7,741 nt of DNA from a virus (Duplodnaviria > Heunggongvirae > Uroviricota > Caudoviricetes): the IMG/VR virus record IMGVR_UViG_2534681836_000018, positions 1 through 7,741 of that record. One strand, given 5' to 3'. The notes beneath the pieces were generated by a model. That model searched no databases. It saw only the letters and a list, made by a program, of their open reading frames with translations, and was not told the origin of the DNA. The position numbers and the translations under genes are program-made. Of this stretch, positions 1 to 7,741 are shown one piece after another. How positions within the stretch are numbered: the first letter of the stretch is position 1; each line of letters starts with the position of its first letter.

Positions 1-627
<627 letters not shown>

Positions 628-634
628 GGACGAT

Positions 635-1387
635 ATGCCAACACCAAATCCTCTGGCACCGGTAAAAGGTGCCGGTACCACCCTGTGGGTTTATAACGGT
701 CAGGGTGATGCCTATGCAAACCCGTTGTCAGACGATAACTGGCAGCGACTGGCACAGGTAAAGGATCTGACGCCGGGCGAGATGACGGCAGAACCCTACG
801 ATGATAACTACCTGGATGATGAAGACGCGGACTGGACTGCGACCGGGCAGGGGCAGAAGTCTGCAGGAGATACCAGTTTTACGCTGGCCTGGAAACCGGG
901 AGAAGAAGGTCAGAAAGGGCTTATAGGCTGGTTTGAAAGCGGGGATGTGCGGGCCTATAAAATCCGTTTCCCGAACGGCACGGTGGATGTGTTCCGTGGC
1001 TGGGTCAGCAGTATCGGTAAGGCCGTAACGGCGAAGGAAGTGATCACCCGTACGGTGAAAGTGACCAACGTGGGTAAACCTTCTGTGGCGGAAGAACGCA
1101 GCGAAATTACGCCGGTCACTGCGATTAAGGTGACGCCGACATCTGGTACGGTGGCAAAAGGGAAAACAACAACCCTGACGGTTTCTTTTGAGCCGGAAAG
1201 TGCAACCGACAAAACGTTCAGAGCGGTTTCCGCCGATCCGTCAACGGGAACCATTGCTGTGAAAGATATGGCGATCACTGTGACGGGGGTTAAGGCTGGA
1301 AAAGTGAGTATCCCCGTGATTTCCGGTAATGGTCAGTTTGCCACGGTAGCTGAAGTCACCGTTACTGAAGCGGGCGCTGCAGGGTAA
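635..1387 (+). CDS. V: Major tail tube protein gpV (with C-terminal Ig-like domain)
   Basis: 250 aa, collinear with lambda gpV along its length ([20 protein letters not shown]..., [39 protein letters not shown]). RBS GAGGA at 626-630. Confidence 0.95.
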   Translation: MPTPNPLAPVKGAGTTLWVYNGQGDAYANPLSDDNWQRLAQVKDLTPGEMTAEPYDDNYLDDEDADWTATGQGQKSAGDTSFTLAWKPGEEGQKGLIGWFESGDVRAYKIRFPNGTVDVFRGWVSSIGKAVTAKEVITRTVKVTNVGKPSVAEERSEITPVTAIKVTPTSGTVAKGKTTTLTVSFEPESATDKTFRAVSADPSTGTIAVKDMAITVTGVKAGKVSIPVISGNGQFATVAEVTVTEAGAAG

Positions 1388-1400
1388 ACGGAGGTAATAC

Positions 1401-1832
1401 ATGTTTCTGAAAACCGAACAATTTGAATATAACGGTGTGTCCGTCACGCTTTCCGAGCTGTCTGCGCTGCAGCGTATCGAGCATCTTGCCCTGCTGAAAC
1501 GACGGGCAGAACAGGCTGAAGCCAGCGGTAACCTGCAGGTGAGCGTGGAAGACCTTGTCAGAACCGGCGCGTTTCTGGTGGCGATGTCCCTGTGGCATAA
1601 CCATCCACAGAAAACGGAGTCACCATCAATGAATGAGGCTGTGATGCAGATCGAACAGGAGGTGCTCACCACCTGGCCTGCTGATGCCATTGCCCGGGCG
1701 GAAGACGTGGTGTTGCGTCTGTCCGGGATGAGCGGGGCTGTTCATGTGGATACGGATATCACCGAAGTGGCGAAAAATAACGCGCTTACTGATGATGATT
1801 TTTCTGCGGGAAAGTCTTCGACGGCGAGCTGA
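1401..1832 (+). CDS. G: Tail assembly chaperone gpG
   Basis: 143 aa matching lambda gpG (MFLKTEQFEYNGVSVTLSELSALQRIEHLALLKRRAEQAE...). RBS GGAGG at 1391-1395. Confidence 0.93.
   Translation: MFLKTEQFEYNGVSVTLSELSALQRIEHLALLKRRAEQAEASGNLQVSVEDLVRTGAFLVAMSLWHNHPQKTESPSMNEAVMQIEQEVLTTWPADAIARAEDVVLRLSGMSGAVHVDTDITEVAKNNALTDDDFSAGKSSTAS
1808..1814 (+). other. Programmed -1 ribosomal frameshift site G-GGA-AAG (G to G-T)
   Basis: Heptamer GGGAAAG sits in the G frame as G GGA AAG, 6 codons before the G stop. The -1 frame opens from here to the stop at 2270-2272. Confidence 0.85.
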
Positions 1833-2272
1833 ATTTTGCCCTCAGACTGGCGCGAGAGATGGGGAGGCCTGACTGGCGCGCCATGCTTGCCGGGATGACA
1901 TCCACCGAATATGCCGACTGGCGACATTTTTACCGCACGCATTATTTTCAGGATACCCAACTGGATATGCATTTTTCCGGGCTGATGTACGCTGTACTCA
2001 GCCTGTTTTTTTGCGATCCGGATATGCATCCCTCTGATTTCAGTCTGCTTGTCCCCCGGCATGAGGAAGAGCAGGTGGAGAGGCTGGATGAGGACAAAAT
2101 GCTGATGCAGAAAGCGGCAGGACTTGCCGGAGGCGTCCGGTTCGGTGGGGACGGAGGGCGCGATATTTTATCGTCTGCGGATGTGGCGGATGTCAGCGAG
2201 GATGATGTCGCATTAATGATGGCTTCAGCGGGGATTTCCGGAGGTGTGAGATATGTCCCAGCCGGTTGGTGA
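1808..2272 (+). CDS. T: T portion of the gpG-T fusion chaperone, expressed by -1 frameshift from G (fusion spans 1401..2272)
   Basis: The -1 frame from 1808 translates GKVFDGELNFALRLAREMGRPDWRAMLAGMTSTEYADWRHFYRTHYFQD...GGVRYVPAGW-stop, matching the lambda gpT region. Track ORF 1859..2272 is the ATG-initiated tail of this frame, not an independent gene. Confidence 0.85.
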   Translation, partial: GKVFDGELNFALRLAREMGRPDWRAMLAGMTSTEYADWRHFYRTHYFQDTQLDMHFSGLMYAVLSLFFCDPDMHPSDFSLLVPRHEEEQVERLDEDKMLMQKAAGLAGGVRFGGDGGRDILSSADVADVSEDDVALMMASAGISGGVRYVPAGW

Positions 2273-4826
2273 TCTTGTTATTGACCTGAGTCTGGATGCG
2301 GTCCGTTTCGATGAGCAGATGAGCCGGGTAAGGCGTCATTTTTCAGGACTGGATACTGACGCCAGAAAAACCGCCACTGCTGTTGAACAGGGCCTGAGCC
2401 GTCAGGCGCTGGCTGCGCAAAAAGCCGGGATTTCCGTCGGACAGTATAAAGCGGCCATGCGCACCCTGCCCGCACAGTTTACGGATATCGCCACGCAGCT
2501 TGCCGGTGGTCAGAATCCCTGGCTGATCCTGCTGCAACAGGGCGGTCAGGTGAAGGACTCCTTCGGCGGGATGATCCCCATGCTCAGGGGGCTTGCCGGT
2601 GCGATCACCCTGCCGATGGTCGGGGTCACCTCGCTGGCGGTGGCGACAGGTGCGCTGGTGTACGCCTGGTACCAGGGAGATTCCACGCTTTCAGCGTTTA
2701 ATAAAACCCTGGTTCTTTCCGGTAATCAGTCCGGACTGACTGCCGATCGCATGCTGACGCTCTCAAGAGCCGGGCAGGCAGCAGGGCTGACGTTTAACCA
2801 GGCGAGAGAGTCACTGGCAGCCCTGGTGAATGCCGGTGTGCGTGGTGGTGAACAGTTTGATGCCATCAACCAGAGTGTCGCGCGTTTTGCGTCTGCATCC
2901 GGTGTGGAGGTGGATAAAGTCGCTGAAGCCTTCGGGAAGCTGACCACTGACCCGACGTCGGGACTGATGGCGATGGCGCGCCAGTTCCGTAACGTGACGG
3001 CAGAGCAGATTGCGTATGTTGCACAGCTGCAGCGTTCCGGAGACGAGGCCGGGGCATTGCAGGCGGCGAACGATATCGCCACGAAAGGCTTTGATGAGCA
3101 GACCCGTCGCCTGAAAGAAAACATGGGAACACTGGAGACCTGGGCGGATAAAACAGGGAAGGCATTCAAATCGATGTGGGATGCCATTCTGGATATCGGT
3201 CGTCCTGAGTCCTCAGCGGATATGCTCGCCAGTGCACAGAAGGCATTTGATGAGGCGGATAAAAAATGGCAGTGGTACCAGAGCCGGAGCCAGCGCCGGG
3301 GAAAAACCGCCTCTTTTCGTGCCAACCTTCAGGGCGCATGGGATGACCGGGAAAATGCCCGTCTGGGTCTGGCAGCGGCAACGCTGCAGTCGGATATGGA
3401 AAAAGCCGGTGAACTGGCGGCAAGGGACAGGGCTGAGCGTGAGTCGTCACAGCTGAAGTATACCGGAGAGGCGCAGAAGGCGTATGAGCGTCTGCTGACG
3501 CCACTGGAGAAATATACCGCCCGGCAGGAAGAGCTGAATAAGGCCCTGAAAGACGGGAAAATCCTGCAGGCGGATTACAACACGCTGATGGCGTCGGCAA
3601 AAAAGGATTATGAATCGACGCTGAAAAAGCCGTCAGGTGTGAAGGTGTCTGCCGGTGAGCGCCAGGAAGACCGGGCGCATGCAGCTATGCTGGCGCTTCA
3701 GGCTGAACTCCGGACGCTGGAGAAGCATGCCGGAGCAAATGAGAAAATCAGCCAGCAGCGCCGGGATTTGTGGAAGGCGGAGAGTCAGTTCGCGGTACTG
3801 GAGGAGGCGGCGCAACGTCGCCAGCTGTCTGCACAGGAGAAATCCCTGCTGGCGCATAAAGATGAGACGCTGGAGTACAAACGCCAGCTGGCTGCACTTG
3901 GCGACAAGGTTACGTATCAGGAGCGCCTGAACGCGCTGGCGCAGCAGGCGGATAAATTCGCACAGCAGCAACGGGCAAAACGGGCCGCCATTGATGCGAA
4001 AAGCCGGGGGCTGACTGACCGGCAGGCAGAACGGGAAGCCACGGAACAGCGCCTGAAGGAACAGTATGGCGATAATCCGCTGGCGCTGAATAACGTCATG
4101 TCAGAGCAGAAAAAGACCTGGGCGGCTGAAGACCAGCTTCGCGGGAGCTGGATGGCAGGCCTGAAGTCCGGCTGGAGTGAGTGGGAAGAGAGCGCCACGG
4201 ACAGTATGTCGCAGGTTAAAAGTGCAGCCACGCAGACCTTTGATGGTATTGCACAGAATATGGCGGCGATGCTGACCGGCAGTGAACAGAACTGGCGCAG
4301 CTTCACCCGTTCCGTGCTGTCCATGATGACAGAAATTCTGCTTAAGCAGGCAATGGTGGGGATTGTCGGGAGTATCGGCAGCGCCATTGGCGGTGCTTTC
4401 GGTGGTGGTGCGTCTGCCTCCACGGGGACGGCCATTCAGGCTGCGGCGGCGAACTTCCATTTCGCGACCGGGGGATTTACGGGGACGGGGGGTAAATATG
4501 AACCTGCGGGAATTGTTCATCGCGGGGAGTTTGTCTTCACGAAGGAAGCAACCAGCCGGATTGGCGTCGGCAACCTGTACAGCCTGATGCGGGGCTATGC
4601 GGAAGGTGGTTATGTGGGCGGTGCCGGAAGTTCGGCGCAGATGCGGCGGACGGAAGGCATTAATTTTAATCAGAACAATCACGTGGTGATTCAGAACGAC
4701 GGCTCCAACGGACAGGCGGGGCCGCAGCTGATGAAGGCGGTGTATGACATGGCCCGCAAGGGGGCGCAGGATGAGATTCAGGCGCAGATGCGTGATGGCG
4801 GCGTCTTTTCCGGAGGCAGGCGATGA
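2253..4826 (+). CDS. H: Tail tape measure protein gpH
   Basis: 857 aa, collinear with lambda gpH (853 aa) from MSQPVGDLVIDLSLDAVRFDEQM to ...QMRDGGVFSGGRR. RBS GGAGGTG at 2239-2245. Start overlaps the end of the T frame. Confidence 0.95.
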   Translation: MSQPVGDLVIDLSLDAVRFDEQMSRVRRHFSGLDTDARKTATAVEQGLSRQALAAQKAGISVGQYKAAMRTLPAQFTDIATQLAGGQNPWLILLQQGGQVKDSFGGMIPMLRGLAGAITLPMVGVTSLAVATGALVYAWYQGDSTLSAFNKTLVLSGNQSGLTADRMLTLSRAGQAAGLTFNQARESLAALVNAGVRGGEQFDAINQSVARFASASGVEVDKVAEAFGKLTTDPTSGLMAMARQFRNVTAEQIAYVAQLQRSGDEAGALQAANDIATKGFDEQTRRLKENMGTLETWADKTGKAFKSMWDAILDIGRPESSADMLASAQKAFDEADKKWQWYQSRSQRRGKTASFRANLQGAWDDRENARLGLAAATLQSDMEKAGELAARDRAERESSQLKYTGEAQKAYERLLTPLEKYTARQEELNKALKDGKILQADYNTLMASAKKDYESTLKKPSGVKVSAGERQEDRAHAAMLALQAELRTLEKHAGANEKISQQRRDLWKAESQFAVLEEAAQRRQLSAQEKSLLAHKDETLEYKRQLAALGDKVTYQERLNALAQQADKFAQQQRAKRAAIDAKSRGLTDRQAEREATEQRLKEQYGDNPLALNNVMSEQKKTWAAEDQLRGSWMAGLKSGWSEWEESATDSMSQVKSAATQTFDGIAQNMAAMLTGSEQNWRSFTRSVLSMMTEILLKQAMVGIVGSIGSAIGGAFGGGASASTGTAIQAAAANFHFATGGFTGTGGKYEPAGIVHRGEFVFTKEATSRIGVGNLYSLMRGYAEGGYVGGAGSSAQMRRTEGINFNQNNHVVIQNDGSNGQAGPQLMKAVYDMARKGAQDEIQAQMRDGGVFSGGRR

Positions 4827-5152
4827 AAACATTTCGCTGGAAAGTGAAGCCGGATATGGAGGTGAACTCGCAGCCATCGGTGCGTGAAGTGCGTTTTGGT
4901 GACGGGTATTCGCAGCGTATGGCGGCGGGGCTGAATGCTGACCTGAAAACATACCGTGTGACGCTTTCCGTGACCCGGGAGGAGGCCCGACATCTGGAGG
5001 CATTCCTGGCAGAGCACGGTGGCTGGAAGGCGTTTCTGTGGACACCGCCTTATGCCTGGCGGCAGATAAAGGTGACCTGTGCCGCCTGGTCATCACGGGT
5101 TCGCATGCTGCGGGTTGAATTCAGCGCGGAGTTTAAGCAGGTGGTGAACTGA
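4823..5152 (+). CDS. M: Tail tip assembly protein gpM
   Basis: 109 aa matching lambda gpM. ATGA overlap with the H stop; RBS GGAGG at 4811-4815. Confidence 0.95.
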   Translation: MKTFRWKVKPDMEVNSQPSVREVRFGDGYSQRMAAGLNADLKTYRVTLSVTREEARHLEAFLAEHGGWKAFLWTPPYAWRQIKVTCAAWSSRVRMLRVEFSAEFKQVVN

Positions 5153-5850
5153 TGCAGGATATTCACGAAGAAAGTCTGAACGAGTCGGTTAAATCAGAGC
5201 AGTCACCGCGGGTGGTGCTCTGGGAAATTGACCTGACGGTGCAGGGCGGTGAGCGGTATTTTTTCTGTAATGAGCTGAATGAAAAAGGGGAGGCGGTCAC
5301 CTGGCAGGGGCGGCAATATCAGGTATACCCGATTGACGGCAGCGGTTTTGAGATGAACGGGAAGGGCAGCAGTGCCAGACCGTCGCTGACGGTGTCCAAT
5401 CTGTTTGGTCTGGTCACCGGGATGGCGGAGGACCTGCAGAGCCTGGTGGGGGCCACGGTGGTCCGCCGCCGGGTGTATGCCCGTTTTCTGGATGCGGTGA
5501 ATTTTGTGGCGGGCAATCCGGAAGCGGACCCGGAGCAGGAGCTGAGCGACCGCTGGGTGGTGGAGCAGATGTCAGAGCTGACGGCCATGACAGCCTCGTT
5601 TGTGCTGGCTACACCGACCGAGACGGATGGAGCGCTGTTTCCCGGTCGCATCATGCTGGCGAATACCTGTATGTGGACCTACCGCTCTGATGAGTGTGGT
5701 TACACGGGCGGGGCTGTGGCGGATGAGTTCGATAAACCCACCACCGATATCCGTAAGGACAGATGCAGCAAGTGCATGCGCGGGTGTGAGATGCGCGGCA
5801 TGGTGGCTAATTTTGGCGGTTTCCTTTCCATTAACAAACTTTCGCAGTAA
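5152..5850 (+). CDS. L: Tail tip protein gpL
   Basis: 232 aa, same length and sequence pattern as lambda gpL, including the C-terminal Cys cluster (CMWTYRSDECGYTGG...CSKCMRGCEMRG). TGATG overlap with the M stop. Confidence 0.95.
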   Translation: MQDIHEESLNESVKSEQSPRVVLWEIDLTVQGGERYFFCNELNEKGEAVTWQGRQYQVYPIDGSGFEMNGKGSSARPSLTVSNLFGLVTGMAEDLQSLVGATVVRRRVYARFLDAVNFVAGNPEADPEQELSDRWVVEQMSELTAMTASFVLATPTETDGALFPGRIMLANTCMWTYRSDECGYTGGAVADEFDKPTTDIRKDRCSKCMRGCEMRGMVANFGGFLSINKLSQ

Positions 5851-5855
5851 ATCCA

Positions 5856-6599
5856 ATGACACAGACTGAATCAGCGATTCTGGCGCATGCCCGGCGGTGT
5901 GCGCCTGCGGAGTCGTGCGGCTTCGTGGTGAGAACGCCGGAGGGGGAGCGGTATATCCCTTGTGTGAATATCTCTGCAGAGCCGGAGGCGTATTTTCGTA
6001 TTGCACCGGAAGACTGGCTGTGGGCAGAGATGCAGGGGGAGATTGTGGCACTGGTCCACAGTCATCCCGGTGGTCTGCCCTGGCTGAGCGAGGCCGACCG
6101 GCGGCTGCAGATAAAAAGTGCACTGTCCTGGTGGCTGGTCTGCCGGGGGGAAATTCATAAATTCCGCTGTGTACCACATCTGACAGGACGGCGCTTTGAG
6201 CACGGGGTGACGGACTGTTACACGCTGTTCCGGGATGCCTGCCATCTGGCGGGAATTGATATGCCGGATTTTGAGCGTGAGGATGACTGGTGGCGCAACG
6301 GTCAGAACCTTTACCTGGACAATATGGCGGTCACCGGCTTTTACCGGGTGCCCCTGTCCTCTGCACAGGCGGGCGATATCCTGCTGTGCTGCTTTGGCGC
6401 ATCGGTGGCCAATCATGCCGCCATTTACTGCGGCAACGGTGAACTGCTTCACCATCTGCCTGAACAACTGAGTAAACGGGAGAGGTATTCTGAAAAATGG
6501 CAACGACGAACGCATTCTGTCTGGCGTCACCGCCACTGGTCCGCATCTGCCTTCACGGGGATTTACAACGATTTGGCCGCCGCCTCAGCCTGTATGTGA
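5856..6599 (+). CDS. K: Tail tip assembly protein gpK (JAMM/MPN-like N-terminal domain plus NlpC/P60-like C-terminal domain)
   Basis: 247 aa matching lambda gpK. JAMM motif HxHx7Sx2D is present as HSHPGGLPWLSEAD at 6057-6098; C-terminal half has the Cys (DCYTLF) and His (NHAAIY) expected of an NlpC/P60-type fold. Start taken at the first ATG after the L stop. Confidence 0.9.
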   Translation: MTQTESAILAHARRCAPAESCGFVVRTPEGERYIPCVNISAEPEAYFRIAPEDWLWAEMQGEIVALVHSHPGGLPWLSEADRRLQIKSALSWWLVCRGEIHKFRCVPHLTGRRFEHGVTDCYTLFRDACHLAGIDMPDFEREDDWWRNGQNLYLDNMAVTGFYRVPLSSAQAGDILLCCFGASVANHAAIYCGNGELLHHLPEQLSKRERYSEKWQRRTHSVWRHRHWSASAFTGIYNDLAAASACM

Positions 6600-7177
6600 A
6601 CACGGCAGCGGAAGCCATCCGTGCCCTGTCGATGCAGATGCCGGGATTCCGCCGTCAGATGAACGAAGGCTGGTACCAGATACGTATTCGCGGTGAGGAC
6701 ACGGCACCGGAGGCGGTGTACGCCCGTCTTCACGAACAGCTGGGTGAGGGAACGGTCATCCACATTGTGCCGCGACTGGCCGGGGCCGGAAAGGGTGGAC
6801 TGCAGATTGTGCTGGGGGCGGCAGCCATCGTGGGCTCGTTCTTCACTGCCGGGGCATCAATGGCGTTATGGGGTTCAGCCCTGGCAGCCGGTGGTTTTTC
6901 TGCCACCACGATGCTGTTTTCACTGGGGGCCAGCATGATTCTGGGTGGTGTGGCCCAGATGCTGGCCCCGAAGGCAAAAACACCGGATTACCGCGCAACG
7001 GATAACGGCAGACAGAACACGTACTTTTCCTCGCTGGATAACATGATTGCCCAGGGGAACCCGATGCCGGTGCCTTATGGTGAAATGCTGGTTGGCTCCC
7101 GGCGAATCTCCCAGGACATCAGTACCCGTGATGAAGGCGGTGACGGGAAGGTGGTGGTTATCGGGCGGCAGGCATAA
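6497..7177 (+). CDS. I: Tail tip assembly protein gpI
   Basis: 226 aa matching lambda gpI (MATTNAFCLASPPLVRICLHGDLQRFGRR...). Overlaps the 3' end of K out of frame by 103 nt, as in lambda. Confidence 0.92.
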   Translation: MATTNAFCLASPPLVRICLHGDLQRFGRRLSLYVNTAAEAIRALSMQMPGFRRQMNEGWYQIRIRGEDTAPEAVYARLHEQLGEGTVIHIVPRLAGAGKGGLQIVLGAAAIVGSFFTAGASMALWGSALAAGGFSATTMLFSLGASMILGGVAQMLAPKAKTPDYRATDNGRQNTYFSSLDNMIAQGNPMPVPYGEMLVGSRRISQDISTRDEGGDGKVVVIGRQA

Positions 7178-7220
7178 AACATAAAAAATCCCGCAGTGCT
7201 CACGGACAGGAACTGCGGGA
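7176..7220 (-). terminator. Candidate rho-independent terminator oriented for the - strand
   Basis: Perfect 9-bp stem (7189-7197 TCCCGCAGT / 7212-7220 ACTGCGGGA) with a 14-nt loop. On the - strand it is followed by TTTTTTATGTTTT (+ coordinates 7188-7176, overlapping the I stop). There is no T-run on the + strand side. Confidence 0.5.
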
Positions 7221-7279
7221 GAGTTACGAAGATTAACTATAGAGAGTTATTCTTATGTCACGACAAAAAACATTAATGC
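7176..7279 (-). ncRNA. Candidate ~100-nt small RNA (promoter-to-terminator unit with no ORF), hypothetical
   Basis: Bounded by the candidate - strand promoter (7286-7313) and the - strand terminator (7189-7220 plus U-tract). The longest ORF on either strand in this interval is 12 codons. Purely sequence-based prediction. Confidence 0.25.
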
Positions 7280-7285
7280 AGAGAA

Positions 7286-7313
7286 ATTATTAGCACCACA
7301 GTCAGTTTGTGAA
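7286..7313 (-). promoter_or_regulatory. Candidate sigma70 promoter on the - strand (-35 TTCACA, 16-nt spacer, -10 AATAAT)
   Basis: Reverse complement of 7308-7313 is TTCACA (5/6 to TTGACA) and of 7286-7291 is AATAAT (5/6 to TATAAT), spaced 16 nt apart. A second TGTGAA copy lies at 7316-7321. Predicted start near 7279, reading toward the terminator at 7220-7189. Confidence 0.25.
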
Positions 7314-7351
7314 AATGTGAAGATATTCAGAAGTTTTATTCAGTCATGATA

Positions 7352-7384
7352 CAGGCATCCTCCGGGATGCCTGTTGTTTTTGTG
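7352..7384 (+). terminator. Candidate rho-independent terminator oriented for the + strand, just upstream of J
   Basis: Perfect 9-bp GC-rich stem (7352-7360 CAGGCATCC / 7365-7373 GGATGCCTG), extendable to 10 bp, with 4-nt loop TCCG, immediately followed by TTGTTTTTGTG (7374-7384). Confidence 0.55.
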
Positions 7385-7415
7385 CGTAACAGTTATCACA
7401 GTAAAGGGGGAGACA

Positions 7416-7741
7416 ATGGGCAAAGGTGGCGGCAAGGCGCACACGCCGGTAGAGGCAAAGGACAATCTTAAGTCCACGCAGATGATGAGCGTGATTGATG
7501 CCATTGGTGAAGGGCCGATTGAAGGTCCGGTGAAGGGGCTGCAGAGTATCCTGGTGAACAAAACCCCGCTGACGGACACGGACGGTAATCCTGTGATACA
7601 TGGTGTGACAGCGGTCTGGCGCGCCGGGGAGCAGGAGCAGACACCACCTGAAGGCTTTGAGTCCTCCGGGGCGGAAACCGCACTGGGCGTGGAAGTGACG
7701 AAGGCAAAGCCGGTGACGCGCACCATTACGTCCGCGAACAT
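7416..7741 (+). CDS. J: Host specificity / central tail fibre protein gpJ, N-terminal ~108 codons (3' partial, runs off window end)
   Basis: ATG at 7416 preceded by RBS AAAGGGGGAG (7403-7412). Translation MGKGGGKAHTPVEAKDNLKSTQMMSVIDAIGEGPIEGPVKGLQSILVNKTPLTDTDGNPVIHGVTAVWRAGEQEQTPPEGFESSGAETALGVEVTKAKPVTRTITSAN matches the lambda gpJ N-terminus. Missing from the ORF track only because it has no stop inside the window. Confidence 0.93.
   Translation, partial: MGKGGGKAHTPVEAKDNLKSTQMMSVIDAIGEGPIEGPVKGLQSILVNKTPLTDTDGNPVIHGVTAVWRAGEQEQTPPEGFESSGAETALGVEVTKAKPVTRTITSAN

Noticed and set aside
1859-2272. ORF of 137 aa (MGRPDWRAMLAGM...) as an independent gene between G and H
   Set aside because: It is the -1 frame downstream of the G GGA AAG slip site and matches the T part of lambda gpG-T. 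There is no convincing RBS for independent initiation.
3181-3456. + strand alternative-frame ORFs inside H, K and I (3181..3456, 3655..3930, 4363..4587, 5600..5869, 5897..6160, 6235..6471, 6693..6938)
   Set aside because: Out-of-frame overlaps within well-supported genes. Arg/Cys/Trp-rich translations typical of off-frame reading of GC-rich coding DNA. No start signals.
4101-5096. Long - strand ORF of 331 aa antisense to H and M, and similar - strand ORFs throughout 955-7741 (for example 2726..3325, 5572..6177, 5871..6536, 7340..7741)
   Set aside because: They lie entirely antisense to strongly supported tail genes in GC-rich sequence and have Pro/Arg/Ala/Ser-rich low-complexity translations with no recognisable domain. 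Typical spurious antisense ORFs.
6003-6599. Shorter gpK from an internal start (about 199 aa, as I recall from older lambda annotation)
   Set aside because: The JAMM-motif region and its upstream Glu would be partly or wholly excluded. The ATG at 5856 directly follows the L stop and gives a product collinear with the full lambda K reading frame.
7189-7220. First I-J hairpin considered as a + strand terminator for gene I
   Set aside because: On the + strand it is preceded by an A-tract and not followed by a T-run. The U-tract lies on the - strand side, so it is annotated as - strand oriented.
7255-7293. 12-codon + strand ORF (MSRQKTLMQRNY) in the I-J insert, considered as a micropeptide or type I toxin
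   Set aside because: Too short and hydrophilic for a membrane toxin, with only a weak purine-rich stretch upstream. Cannot be supported from sequence alone.
7308-7321. Tandem TGTGAA motifs considered as a CRP-binding site
   Set aside because: They are direct repeats, not the inverted TGTGA-N6-TCACA arrangement. More simply explained as the candidate -35 element.

Overview
This window is the tail-assembly module of a lambda-like (lambdoid) prophage, read left to right on the + strand: a C-terminal remnant of gpU, then V, G, G-T (programmed -1 frameshift), H (tape measure), M, L, K, I and the 5' end of J. Its left edge is broken by nested insertion sequences on the - strand: an IS3-family (IS911-like) element whose left end abuts and truncates gene U, itself interrupted by an IS30 copy that runs off the window start. 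The tail genes are intact, tightly packed and often translationally coupled. The one stretch these features do not explain is a ~238-bp AT-rich, ORF-free insert between I and J with two oppositely oriented intrinsic-terminator hairpins and a candidate - strand promoter; this is my best candidate for something undescribed (a small-RNA moron). I see no CRISPR array, tRNA/rRNA or multi-gene defence-like system. All homology calls come from reading the supplied translations against remembered phage lambda and IS protein sequences; no database search was run.
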